NCBI RefSeq assembly: GCF_030028105.1
Contig: NC_092379.1
Span: forward strand, 26,467,821 to 26,531,820
Length of the DNA stretch: 64,000 bases
Direction: 5' to 3'
DNA from: Mobula birostris
Lineage: Eukaryota
A program made the position numbers and the translations under genes. Numbering within the stretch: the stretch's first letter is position 1; the number at the start of each line of letters is the position of its first letter. Under the pieces are notes generated by a model. It was not told the origin of the DNA. It ran no database searches and worked only from the letters and a program-made list of their open reading frames with translations. Positions 46,140 to 59,299 of this stretch are shown piece after piece.

Positions 46140-47195
46140 ACCCTCAGTTGCTTCACGGCAGCTCGATGAGCCACAAAGGTTCGGGACAGGACTTTGATTG
46201 TGTACCTTTGACAGCCCCTATACTATCCACAACCCACGCAACGTCTGTGTCATCAGCAAATTTACTAACCCATCCTTCCACTTCCTCATCCAGTTCATTT
46301 CTAAAAATCACAAACAGTAGTGGTCCAAGACAGATCCCTGAGGCACACCACTGGTCATAGGCCTCCATGCAGAATATGACCCGTCTTCAACTACTCTTTG
46401 CCTGCTGCGGGCAAGCCAGTTCTGTATCGACAAAACAATGTCTCCTTGGATTCCATGCTGCCTTACTTTCTCAATAAGTCTTGCATTGGATACCGTATCA
46501 AATACCTAGCTAGAATCCATATATACTACATCTACGTCTCTACCTTCATCAATGTGCTTAGTGACATCCGTAAAATATTTAATCAGGATCATAAGGCATG
46601 ACCTACCTTTGATAAAGCCATGTCGACTATTTCTCATCACATTATTCCTCAGGAAATGTGCATAATCCATGCCTCTGAGAATCTTCTCCATCAATTTACC
46701 AACCACTGAAGTAAGACTCACTGCCCTATAATTTCCCGGGCTATCCCTATTCACTTCCTTGAACAAGGGAAGAACAGCCGCAACCCTCAAATTCTCCAGA
46801 AACTCTCCCGTCCTCATTGATGATGCAAAGATCATTGCCAGAGTCTCAACATTCTCCTCCCTCGCTTTCCACTGTAGTATGGGGTGCATCCCATCCGTTC
46901 CCGGTGACATATCCAACTCGATGCTTTCCAGAAGCTTCAGCACATCTTCATTTTTTTAATATCTACATTCTCAAGCTTTTCACTCCATTGCAAGTCATCC
47001 CTACAATCGCCAAGATCCTTCTCAATAGTGACTATTGATGCAAAGTATCAATTAAATTTCTCCACTATTTCCTCCGGTTCCATACACACTTTACCATTGT
47101 CACACTTAATCGATCCTATTCTCTTACGACTTATCCTCTTGCTCTTCACATAGCAGTAGAATACCTAGAGTTTTCCATAATCCTATCCGCTAAGG
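46140..47195 (-). mobile_element. CR1 RT fragment (older)
   Basis: Minus ORFs: NYRAVSLTSVVGK..HGFIKGRSC and SKFADD. Confidence 0.8.
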
Positions 47196-49170
47196 CCATC
47201 TCAAACCCTGCCTCCCATATAAGCCCCCACCTTCAATTCCTCCATATACCTGTCTAGTAGTCTCTTAAACTTCACTAGTGTATCTGCCTCCACCACTGAC
47301 TCAGGCAGTGCATTCCACGCACCAACCACTCTCTGAGTAAAAAACCTTCCTCTAATATCCCCCTTGAACTTCCCACCCCTTACCTTAAAGCCATGTCCTC
47401 TTGTATTGAGTAGTGATGCCCTGGGGAAGAGGCGCTGGCTATCCACTCTATCTATTCCGCTTATTATCTTGTACACCTCTATCATGTCTCCTCTCATGCT
47501 CCTTCTCTCCAAAGAGTAAAGCCATATCTCCCTTAATCTCTGATCATAATGCATACTCTCTAAACCAGGCAGCATCCTGGTAAATCTCTTCTGTACCCTT
47601 TTCCAATGCTTCCACATCCTTCCTATAGTGAGGTGACCAGAACTGGACACAGTACTCCAAATGTGGCCTAACCAGAGATTTATAGAGCTGCATCCTTACA
47701 TCGCCACTCTTGAACTCTATCCCTCGACTTATGAAAGCTAACACCCCATAAGCTTTCTTAACTACCCTATCCACCTGTGAGGTAACTTTCAGGGATCTGT
47801 GGACATGTACCCCGAGATCTCTCTGCTCCTCCACACTACCAAGTATCCTGCAATTTACTTTGTACTCTGCCTTGGAGTTTGTCCTTCCAAAGTGTACCAC
47901 CTCACACTTCTCCGGGTTGAGCACCATCTGCCACTTCTCAGTCCACTTCTGCACCCATCAATGCCTCTCTGTAATCTTTGACAATCCTCTACAGTATCTA
48001 CAAACAACCAACCTTTGTGTCGTATGCAAATTTACCAACCTACCTTTCTACCCACACATCCAGGTCCTTAATAAAAATCACAAAAAGTAGTGGTCCCAGA
48101 ACAGATCCTTGTGGGACACCATTAGTCACAATCCTCCAATCTGAATGTACTCCCTCCACCACCACCCTCTGCCTTCTGCAGGCAAGCCAATTCTGAATCC
48201 ACCTGGCCAAACTTCACTGGGTCCCATGCCTTCTAACTTTCTGAATAAGCCTACCGTGTGGAACCTTGTCAAATGCCTTACTAAAATCCAAATAGATCAC
48301 ATCCACTGCACTACCCTCATCTATATGCCTGGTCATCTCCTCAAAGAACTCTATCAGGCTTGTTAGACACGATCTGCCCTTTACAAAGCCATGCTGACTG
48401 TCCCTGATCAGACCATGATTCTCTACATGTCTATAGATCCTTTCTCTAAGAACCTTTTCCAACAGCTTTCCCACCACAGACGTAAGGCTCACTGGTCTAT
48501 AATTACCCGGACTATCCCTACTAACTTTTTTGAACAAGGGGACAACATTCGCCTCCCTCCAGTCCTCCGGTACCATTCCCGTGGACAACGAGCACATAAA
48601 GATCCTAGCCAGAGGCTCAATAATCTCTTCTCTCGCCTCGTGGAGCAGCCTGGGAATATTCCGTCAGTTCCCGGGGACTTATCTGTCTTAATGTATTTTA
48701 ACAAATCCATCACCTCCTCTCCCTTAATATCAACATGCTCCAAAACATCAACTTCACTCATATTGTCCTCACCATCATCAAGTACCCTCTCATTGGTGAA
48801 TACCGAAGAGAAGCATTCATTGAGGACCTCGCTCACTTCCACAGCCTCCAGGCACATCTCCCCACCTTTATCTCTATTCGGTCCTACCTTCACTCCACTC
48901 ATTCTTTTTTTCTTCACATAATTGAAGAATGCCTTGGGGTTTTCCTTTACCCTACTCGCCAAGGCCTTCTCATGACCCCTTCTTGCTCTTCTCAGCCCCT
49001 TCTTAAGCTCCTTTCTTGCTTCCCTATATTCCTCAATAGACCCATCTGATCCTTACTTCCGAAATCTCATGTATGTTGCCTTCTTTCACCTGACTAGATT
49101 TTCCACCACACTTGTCACCATGGTTTCTTCACCCTACCGTTCTTTATCTTCCTCACCGGGACAAATATAT
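47196..49170 (-). mobile_element. CR1 LINE, 5'-truncated, relatively young
   Basis: Long near-intact minus ORFs 48489-48962, 48214-48597, 47544-47954 and 47201-47650 cover RT to C-terminus. Confidence 0.92.
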
Positions 49171-49189
49171 CCGAGAGAAATGTGTCCCG

Positions 49190-52100
49190 GGATTTGACTG
49201 CTACTTCTGTCCCTTATTTGGGAGCGAGAAAGTATGCAACCGTAACTGTAAAAGGCATGTTGAGGTGAGTTTAACCGTACTTGAACTTCACCCTTCCCCC
49301 CCACCCCCCGGTCAGCTGGTCAATAAGAATATTTTCAAAATTGAACCGGTCCGTGATGTAAAAACGGTTGGGGACCCCTGATCTAGCGACCTCAGTCTTG
49401 GAATTACACCTTTATTACATTTTTTTTAATATCCGCATTTCTTGAGTCTAATTTGTTCAGGGAGCAGATCGATCAAGTTATATTCTGCAAATTTTAATGA
49501 TATACAAACAGATAAATACACATGGCTAAGGAACAAAATGCAACAAAAAATATTTTAATGTCAATCGGCTGCTGAATCTAGTCACGCACAGTAAGATTCT
49601 ATCAAAAATGAAAAAAAAAGAAAACAAGGCCACGTAGTATATTTACGGCAAAATCACTTAATATGATACTTGATCATGAGTATGGAGAATTAAAGAAAAT
49701 GGGCTTCGCTAATTTATTTTACTGCTCACATACACCAGGACATAAAAGAGGAGTTGCTATTCTCATCTCAATTAAACTACATTTTGAAAATGTATTCAAA
49801 ATGGGAGATAAGGAGCGCAGATATATTCTGGTAAGGGGGGATATAGATGGAAATCCAGTTACTTTATTGAATATATACGCACCCCCAGGAAATAATATTA
49901 GTCTCTTCCAGAAAATTACTAATATTCTGGTTACGGAAACAGAAGGTCTCTTGACATGTGGGGGAGACCTAAGTTTACAATTACAATCAAAGTTGGACTC
50001 TTCCAATAGGAAAACATACGAAACGAAGTCCTTACATCAGTAAATTAACACTCTCGTTGAGGATGTTGGATTAATTGATATATGGAGGGACCTATTCCCT
50101 GACAGAAGGGATTACACTCATTATCCCCGCCCCCTACCCCCCATTCCGCATATACAGGAATAGACGATTTCACAACTTTTGCAAAGGACAGAGACAAAAT
50201 AATCACCTGTGGAATTCGGACAATAGATGTAAGTGACCATGCACCTATTTATTTATCTTTTGATTTTTACCTACAACCAAAGAATACGATATGTAAAATA
50301 AAGTTAAGTCTACTCAATGATCCCTATTTTAAGGAACAGATTAAAAAAGAAATTGGTCTTTACTTAGAATTCAATGATTCTGAAGAGATTTCCCCTCCCA
50401 TTCTGTGGGATACTCTGGCGGCTGTCTTAAGAGGGAAAATTATAGTGATATCTTCATATAAGAAAAAAAAAAGGAATAGAACATTGCAGAAATTAAAAAA
50501 AGAAGCTGAAGGAACTAGAAAAAAATAAACACAAATTGAGTTTGGCACGGGATACACGAGAAGAAATTAAAAAAAAAAGAATGTAATTAATAGTTTGGCT
50601 GCACAAGAAATTAGAAAAAAAAATAGTAATGTTTCTGAAACAGATGCACGACGAAAGTGGACCTAAATCTATAAAAAGGATACTGCCGTGGAAATTGGAA
50701 AATAAAGATAGCAGAAAATACAATTCATTTTAATTAGGGATCCAGGATCAAAAGTGATAAAAATAATCTATGTGAAATTCATTAAGCTTTTGAAATGGTT
50801 TACAAAGCTCTATATTCCAACGTTCCAGGGGGGAAACTTAACCCATATGACACCTCCCTGAATTCTTTAGAGTTACCCACTTTAAGTAAAGAACAAAATA
50901 GAAAGATGACTTCTCACATAACTGAAGCTGAACTGAAAGCTGCCATTAGTAGGCTGAAAATAAGCAAGAAACCAGAAGGCGATAATCTCAGCTATATCGA
51001 AAGAAGGCAAGAATCAAATGGAATGTGGGTCATTTAGACCAATATTCGTTCTTACTGTGGATTATAGAATATTTACCTCCATCATGGCCAAACGATCAGA
51101 AGAGCTTCTACCCGTACTGATACATAATGATCAGACAGGTTTCATACAACAACGCCAAGCACAGGACAATATACGAAGGACACTTCAGATTATGGATCAT
51201 AAAAAAATGAAATTGAAGCAATAGTGATAAACGTGGACGGTGAAAAATCATTTGATTCGGAAACTGGAATTTTCTCTATAGAGTTTTACATAGATGTGTC
51301 TACATGACCCAATTTTTAAAACTATACAGGCATTATACGACAATCCTGAAGCCAGGATTAAAATCAATGGATATCTATCTAATAGTTTTGCCCTAGAAAG
51401 GTGCACGAGACATGGTTTTGCATGGTCAACGCTACTCTTTGCATTGTATCTGGGACCATTAGCTCAATACATCAGAAAAAAATGAATATATCAAGGGTAT
51501 TACTTTTAAAGGGACAGAGTATAAATTGGCCTGTTACGCGGATGACATTTTGATCTATCGATGGCAACCAAAAGACTCTTTACATAAATTGATGCATTGC
51601 TCTGAACAATATGGCCACTTATCAAGATACAAGATCAACATAGGTAAAACCCAACTGCGTCCATATAACTATAGCCCACCAAGAGGAACTGAAAGTAGAT
51701 ACACTTGGGCATAGCAAACAGAGTCCGTCAAATATTTGGGCATCATTATGCCAAAAGATTTGGCAAAATTATCAGAAGGCAATTATCATCCAACATATAT
51801 AAAAAAAGATACAAGGTGGAAACTTTTCTTTTTTTTTTTTTTTTGGTCGCAGTTCGAGGATTGAATGTATTAAAAAGAATATACTGCCCAGACCACTATA
51901 TCTTTTTCAGACCCTACCAGTAGTGGTTAAACAAAATCAATTCAATGAATGGAACAAAATGCTATCAATATATATATATATATAGATATGGCAAGGTAAA
52001 AGGCCTAGGGTTCGTCTCAAAACTTTGCAATTCGCCTATGAAAAGAGGGGATGGAGCATACTACCTCTTAGGGACTATTATTTTCAGCAGAGTTGTGAGC

Positions 52101-53470
52101 TGTGATATGCTGGTGCAACCCATCATATGACGCTCAATGGAAAAAAAAAAAAAAACATTGAGGAGAGGATACTTTCCATCCCCGTACAGGCACTTCCGGC
52201 TGATAACAACCTACAAAGTTACATAAATAATATTGGCAACTCGTGGCTGAAATGGACTCTTAAAATATGAAAAAAAAAATATTATAAAAGGATATAAATT
52301 AGTGAGAAACATTGCAATTATTAAATTGTGTGCATATGACTTGGATTTTACGCTGAATAAACTGAATGCTAGATTTAACGAATGGACAGCTGAAGGGATG
52401 ACAGCTTTTTGCAATATAATGAAAGACGGAACACTGTTCAGTTTTGAAATGCTCAAAGAGAAACACATATTCGAAAAACAGGACTTTTAACGGTATTTAC
52501 AGATGCGACAGTATGTTAACAGGACGGTTAAGAATGTAACCAAGGCAATTATATGTCTGATACAGCTGTTTAGAAAATTATATAATTCAGACAACGATAG
52601 TAAAATCGTTTCAAGCCTGTATAAAGGTTTGTCAAATCTTAAAACACATTCGACTTCATACATTAAAACAAAATGGGGGAAGGAAGGAGGGATAATAATC
52701 TCTGAGGAGGACTAGACAATAATATGGAGGTATCAATGGAAGTGCACCAGTTCACAGTAATGGAGGGAAGTCTTCCGGAAAGACTTGATAAGATGTTTTA
52801 TTACACCCTCTCAGAAATCCCGTTATGATAATAACCCCCCTGTTTCCTGGATAAATTGCGGAAATCAAAATGCAAACCATTATCATATTTTTTGGTAATG
52901 CCCCGTTATCAAGCAATTGGAGCGGGAAACATTATGCCCTACAAGAAATACCGTTAGAGAGTAAGATCATATATTTTGGCTGTATAACTCAAGAATGGTT
53001 GAAAAGAGATAAATATTTAATGAATATACTGCTGGTGGCTGGTAAAAAGAACCGAACCAGGAAATGGTTATCACAGAAGAGCACAACTCTAAATGTATGA
53101 ATGGAAATTACAGTAGGCATTTACAAAATGGAGAAGACAACAGCATTTGTGAATCATAAGTTGGAACAATTTTATTCATAATGGAAAAAAGGGTTTACCT
53201 ACATAACAAATCATAGGCCTGATTTTATTCTAACAAGTCAACGAATATGTTGTAAAAATATATATATCACTCCCTACTAAGTAAATAGTTCTCTTTTTTT
53301 TAGATTGTTCTTTATTTCCTCTCCTTTCTATAAATGTATACCTCATGTAAATATTATGTGGCGATTTATGACAAATAAGATTATAGGATATATATGTACA
53401 GTATCTGCAATACATCTTATGGAAATGTTTGTTTGATGATGAAATTCAATAAAAAATAAATTACAAAAAT
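49190..53470 (+). mobile_element. L1/Tx1-clade LINE ORF2 (APE-RT-C-terminus) with AATAAA/A-rich tail, heavily frameshifted
   Basis: KRGVAILI, TLLNIYAP and GGD (49663-50043). FRPIFVLTVDYRIFTSIMAKR, DQTGFI, YADD. AATAAAAAATAAATTACAAAAA at about 53448-53470. Confidence 0.9.
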
Positions 53471-53559
53471 GAGAGAAAACTAGCATAGATTTTTTGAACG
53501 AAATCATAATCATGAATCAGTGCTTTCCCGGCGTATATGCCGAATATATTTTCTTCGGG

Positions 53560-54005
53560 CTTCCAAACCGTTCCAGGTATAGATTTCTTGCCAACGATTC
53601 GAGGCCAAACACGACACCTTCGAAAGCAATGATGCCTCGGCATTTCCAATCCGGTCTTATATATTCCCCTCTCGTCCGTGCTTCCTCTTGGGTTAGTCCT
53701 CATACAATCGGACATCCGGTGTCCGCCATGTGTATAACTTCATTTCAGTTCTTATTTAAAGGGAAATATTTGTGTTTGACAAAAATAATTTTCTCTAGTT
53801 TTATTTTAATAACTTCCTTCAACAGGCTGTGCCAATGCCACTGGCGAAACAGAATAATTTTGCGCCTTTGAAGTCAATCCGATGGCCATTCTGAATGCAA
53901 TGTTTTGCTTCCGCTGATTTCTCCTGAGAATCTGAACGAATACACCACTTTGTGTATGTTTGTTTCACTTTCTCGTGTATTTCAGAAATTGTGAATTTGC
54001 ACAAT
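53560..54005 (-). mobile_element. Penelope-like GIY-YIG C-terminal region and terminal repeat remnant
   Basis: Minus ORF 53819-54004: KWCIR..EKSAEAKHCIQNGHRIDF resembles SAVAEH..GHxIDF of Penelope endonucleases. Confidence 0.7.
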
Positions 54006-54999
54006 TTTGACTTGCCAAATATTTAGATTGAAAACTGAGGAATTGTTGACATGACTGGCTTGGCGTTTCCACCATTTTTATTTAGCGACATCGAGGCGTG
54101 ACAATCATGAACACATCAAGAAACTATTTCCAAATGTGCAAATTATAGAGACATTTCAGCATTTTACACTAAAATGATATGTCATTTGACGTTTATATGA
54201 TGCAATAATGCGCTGGGTAAGTCAGGCCGGCCGTGAAGGAGCATAAACACCTGCTGAACCTATTCTGTCTCCAGTTCAGCATCCTAATTTTGTTTCTTTT
54301 CAAAAATAATGTAACGTAATTTCAAGGAATGCACGATTTAAGTTGCACTACTCTAATAAAGACAAATTGATGACGCTGTTTAAGATGAAGGCAGGCTCAG
54401 GATGAGGGATTATTTCTAGAGTTAAACCTGGGCCACAGAAATCCCGTTGAACTTACAAGCCTGCAGACTAACATCCTTATTTTGAATACTGATTTTTGGC
54501 CAAGATTACTCGAACTGAAACTGTCATGATCTGGTCCATGTCTGTGTTCCAGTTCACGATCCGGGCCATGGTTCCTTGTTCTGGAGTTTCTGGTTTTCCC
54601 CACTTTCTGTTGTGGGCACAGGAGTCTCGTTTTGGGGCTGAAACATAAATACCTCTGCAAATCAGGGCTTCCCTGCCGGATTGTTCTGTTCTCTCCTTGT
54701 CTCCCACCCACCTTGTCTGACTCTCTGCCTGCTCACCTAGCTTGGATACCCAGCCTGTATCACTGAAGTCTTACCGCCGGAGCAAGACCGGAGCCTTCTT
54801 GGACAAGATAAGGAACTGTCTTTCGTTGTGTGCAATTGTCTCTCTGTGTCTACCCCTTCGCTAGGTGGGTCCGGCCGTTTGCTGCTACCTAGTGTTGGGA
54901 TCTTTCTCTGTATCCTCGCCTTCGCTAGCTGGTTCCAGCGGTTTTGCCGCCACCATATGTTGGGAACACAAAATACTCTGCAGAGGCTGGGGTCAAAGT

Positions 55000-55258
55000 C
55001 ACTCTCACAACACGTTGGAGGAACTCAGTAGGTTGGGCGGCATCCGTGGAAAAGATCGGTCGACGTTTCGAGTTGGAAACCTTCGTCAGGACTGTAGAGG
55101 GAAGGAGCAGAGGGCCTATCTCTCGAGGCTTGGGTTTGATAGGGCCTCTGCCCCTTCTCTCTACAGTCTTTACGAAGGAATCCGGGCCGAGACGTCGACC
55201 GATCTTTTCCACGGATTCTGTCCGATCTGCTGAGTTCCTCCAGCGTGCTGTGAGTGTT
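55000..55258. repeat. About 260-bp Penelope-derived palindrome inserted in the LTR
   Basis: Two arms of about 120 bp in inverted orientation around a short centre (ATCTCTCGAGGCTTGGGTTTGAT). Confidence 0.85.
55057..55094 (-). ncRNA. Minimal type I hammerhead ribozyme motif (candidate)
   Basis: Minus strand: CAGTC-CTGACGA-AGGTTTCCAACTC-GAAA-CG-TC-GACCG. The CUGANGA/GAAA/UH core is intact, stem I pairs 4/5, stem II is weak, stem III is the ACGT palindrome. Confidence 0.55.
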
Positions 55259-58200
55259 AGTATGTGTTGGGATCTGTCTCGTCAATTTCGGTGCTCCTTG
55301 TATGAGTCCTGGCCCCACCTCCTGTTCCCAAGGAGGGTTTCCCGGCTCGGTGTTATGTCTCTAAGTCCCGGTCCTTAGTCCTGTACCCTAGGAGGGGTCC
55401 CGGCTCTATGTTCTATGCTCCTCTTTGATCTAGTCTAAGGTTCCGTGCTCCTGAAGGTCTTAGCCCAATCTGTGCCCAGTACAGTCCTATCCGAGTCCTG
55501 TCCATGTGCCTTTACCTGTCCTTGTGTTTCGCCCTACCCAGGAGTTCCTCACTCAAGCCATGTCCAGTCCTGTAAGCCCGTCTTATCCTCGCTTAGCTCT
55601 GGAGTCCAAGCCCGAGTCAAGTCCCAGGTTCTGGCTCCTTGCCCAATCTCTGGCTCGGAGCCCATGCCCAAACCAGCCTGCAGCCCTCAAGACCAAGACC
55701 TCAAGCCTGCTTGCAGGCCTCCAGCCTCAAGACACCAATCCCGCCTGCAGGCTCCAAACCTCATGATACCAAGCCCGCCAGCAAGCCTCCAGCCTCATGA
55801 CCCCAAGTCTGCCTGCATGGCTGAAGCCTCAAGACCTCAAGCTTGCCTGCGGCCTGAAGCCTGAAGACCCCAAGCCTGCCTGCAAGCCTCAAGCCTCAAG
55901 AACACAAGCCTCCAGGATCCCAAGCCAAGCTCCAAGAACCCAAGCCTCGAGGATCCCAAGCCAAGTTTCAAGACCCCACGCCTCCAGGATCTCAAGCCAA
56001 GCTCCATGAATCTAAGCCTCGAGGATCCCAAGCCTGAAGTCCCCAGCCTCCATGCCTCTAGAGCAAGACCACAGCCTCCATGCCTTCAGACCAAGACCCC
56101 AGCCACTATGCCTCAGCCTCTAGACCCCAGCCACGCTCTATCCTGAAGCCATGTCATGTCCTTGCCTGTTCTGGGGTCCAAGCCCAAAGAAAGACCCAGG
56201 TTCTGGTTCCTTGTCCAGTCTCGTGCTCGGAGTCGAAGCCTTGTCTCCTAGCCCATGGTTTTTTGGTTCGGTCCCGCTTTCCCTAGCTCAAGTCTGCGTT
56301 CTTGTCCCTGCTCCTTGCCTGTATCCTGTCACGTCCCTACTGTAGTCAAGTCCTGTTCCGTGGACTTCAGTGTCTGTGTCTTGCATTTGGGGCCGTTCCC
56401 AGCCCCCGCATTGTGACAGAAACATTGAATAGGTGTCCTCTTCTGAAAGTTTGCGTCCCGATCTCATGATGAAGGAAAATAGTCTGGGTTTCATGAAGGT
56501 TTTTTTGTTTGTTTCTTGCTGGTTTACAGGTTTCTTTTTCTCTGTTGCTATATCAGAGTAATTGTGTTGATTAACATGATTATACCAATGTGCGCATGGC
56601 TGAATGGGGTAAGTTCTTAAATAATTGGCATTAGATTTCATATAAGTTTACTTAAAAATGTCCTTCAAAGGTCTTCGTGTCAAATCCGCATGCTGTTGGA
56701 CATATTATTGGACACTCGACAGTTAAAAGAAATTTCTATGCACATAGTGACGCATTCTGCCGAACATGCGGTGGACGAATAAGGGTTTACAGGAAAGATA
56801 ATTTATTATTCGTGTATCAAAAAGAAGCACGCGGACAAAATGCTGCTCCACATACTGAAACGTCAGCAGCTGAGAGAAATGGTGGTTAACGTACACAGGG
56901 TGAAGCAGCAATCAGCTTCAGAAACCTTCTGCATCGGCACATGTCCTCCTGCCTCTTTTAAAGCACTGCGTATAACATACAAGATATGACGGAAAGGTTT
57001 CACTAAAATAAAGTCGTCTGGTGATGTTGAGGGATTTAAATGTGTTTTTTAGAATTTCTTCAGTGGAGATTGGGAACGGACGATTCTTCTTAAAATACAT
57101 ATATGCGCACGATTTTTTGTTTGTCTCTGTTTTCTTCTTGCGGCAGAGGCGCTATCTCATGAGCACATGTCACTGGTTGCATTCTATTTCGTTGTACAAT
57201 GTTGTTTTAGGGCATGGACAAGCACGTTGTAGGTAGATATGAGCTTTTGTAGATCATTAGTTGAGTGCCTATCGCAGATTATAAATATGCTAAGTAAAGT
57301 TAATTGGTCCCGCATACCCGTAAACCGCACTTCGTCCGAAATTCGCAGGTACTGCACAAAGGCCTGGCGATAACAGTCTTCTTGTGTCGTTTTCCTCCTT
57401 TCTGGATTTAATTGTAAACTATTTAGCGACAATTCTCTCAATTTTCTGTTGTTTCCTGCGCTTGGTTGTTGTTTTGTCTTCAGAATGTTCTCAAATGCTT
57501 CAGTGGAAAATAAATTAAAAATAACAGTAGCGTTAAACAACTACATTAAACATCGCTGCAAAAAATATCCTTACTATTTTGTTCTTTCTCTCTTTGCGGT
57601 ACCGACCTAGAGTCCGTTGATCGTCTTTTCAGAGAGATAAATCTCCTCATCACGGATAGAAATCCGGAGGCATTGCACTTCCGGGCTGACGGAACGATAC
57701 AATGAAAAAAAAAACTGTCTATGGTCCACCAAAATGTGTTTAGTGGTCTGCGGGTATTTTAAATATTTTTCTACGCTGTTGTATTAAAAAAAAACAATGA
57801 TTATATGGAATTAGCTCTTGTGTTACGAAAACAATATTCATAATTGCATCTGACTGTGTTTGGATATAAGCTACACATCAGCAATCACCACATCTTTAAA
57901 GGTTTTCACCATAAACTCGCCAGCAGAGGTTGCCTGTAAAGTCACTGCAAATAGCTAACGATATGGCCATTAAATTAGCTTCCAACGAATCCGGACCTAT
58001 GATATGATGGGGTGTCTCTTTGCAACTGTAAGTGGAAAAGTGCACGAAATTGACATGGAACAAACCTCTCTTCATATTCTATTCCTTTTGCAAGAGATAT
58101 TTCTGGCTATAGACATTTACATCATTTATATTCATGTTTCCAAACAGCAGCCACAATAGAGCTCTGTTGAAATCGAATACATAGGCAAAAGATCTATAAG

Positions 58201-58646
58201 GGTAAAACGATCACTTTTGAAAGATATTTGCAAACCGCCGAATAGTAGACAAAATATCGCGTCCAAATGACAGCAGCGAATAGAAATAAATATAAAAGGA
58301 CGATGTTATGTGTCACGTGTGATTTCAAAATTCATGTAGATTGGACAGAATAACGCTGGTGCTTGATCACAAAATATGCAGCCAATGAGATTGAAATTTT
58401 AGATCAGATTCTAGTCGATCGTGTGCTGTGATTCGAAATACATTTGCTCAGAGTATCTATAGTCAAGTGGAGAGCAGCCAGAGACTGAGTGGAGCCAGTG
58501 AAGGAGTGGAGCTTTGAGGTATTGGCTGGAGATGTTTTGGCAGTTTTGGCAGTTGGACTGTGCGATCAAGTCAATCAGAATTTCAATAGCTCAGACTCAG
58601 CAGAAAGCAACTGATTGGGCAATCGAATATTGAAAAGCTCAAACAA

Positions 58647-59290
58647 ATGGCGGGAGGAGAAGATAGCAGCGCGCCATGCGCGTGCAGCTCTTCGGTTAAA
58701 ATGATATCGTCTCTGTTAAATAGCGGCCCTGGACAATTCTGATTTGATGGAGACAGACGTGAAAGCACAAAGGAACATCTGGAGAAATGTCTGAAACACC
58801 CGTTCGCTGCTGTTGTTACTACGCGATCTAGAATCTCCGGAGGGTAGGCCCCAAAACCCCTAACTTTGCCTGCTGCTAGTGAGCGAGATTGAGGTCGAAT
58901 CGTTCGGATAGAGATGCTGCTCGGTACTCGGTGTCGGGGGCTGATCAGATGTTCGAAGTTTTCGGACGACTCAGAATCGGACTGTGGTCGGGCATGGCAG
59001 GGAGAGTTTTCTTCCTTCTCCCTTCTGCGAGAGATGTGGGACATTCGAGAGTCTTTGAACTTTTTACTGTGCCATGGTCTGTTCTTCATCAAGCTATTGT
59101 ATTATTGCACTGTTGTAACTATATGTTATAATTCTGAGGTTTTGTTAGTTCTTTTCAGTCTTGGTTTGTCCTGTGTTTCGTGGAGGAATAATGTATCACA
59201 CTGGAGGAATAATGCATAATTTCCATGTGCATGCATTACTAAATGACAATAAAAAGAGCACTGCCTGTCCTCATTATCTAGTATAATCTA
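58647..59290 (+). mobile_element. Unclassified ~600-bp SINE-like repeat, copy 4
   Basis: Homology to 18594-19156 and 25645-26225. Confidence 0.7.
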
Positions 59291-59299
59291 AACATAAAA

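Larger units (their letters stand above)
54522..56418 (+). mobile_element. Solo LTR (same chromovirus family) with internal repeat expansion and inserted palindrome
   Basis: TGTCA...TGACA termini. Perfect TSD GAAAC at 54517-54521 and 56419-56423. Confidence 0.9.
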
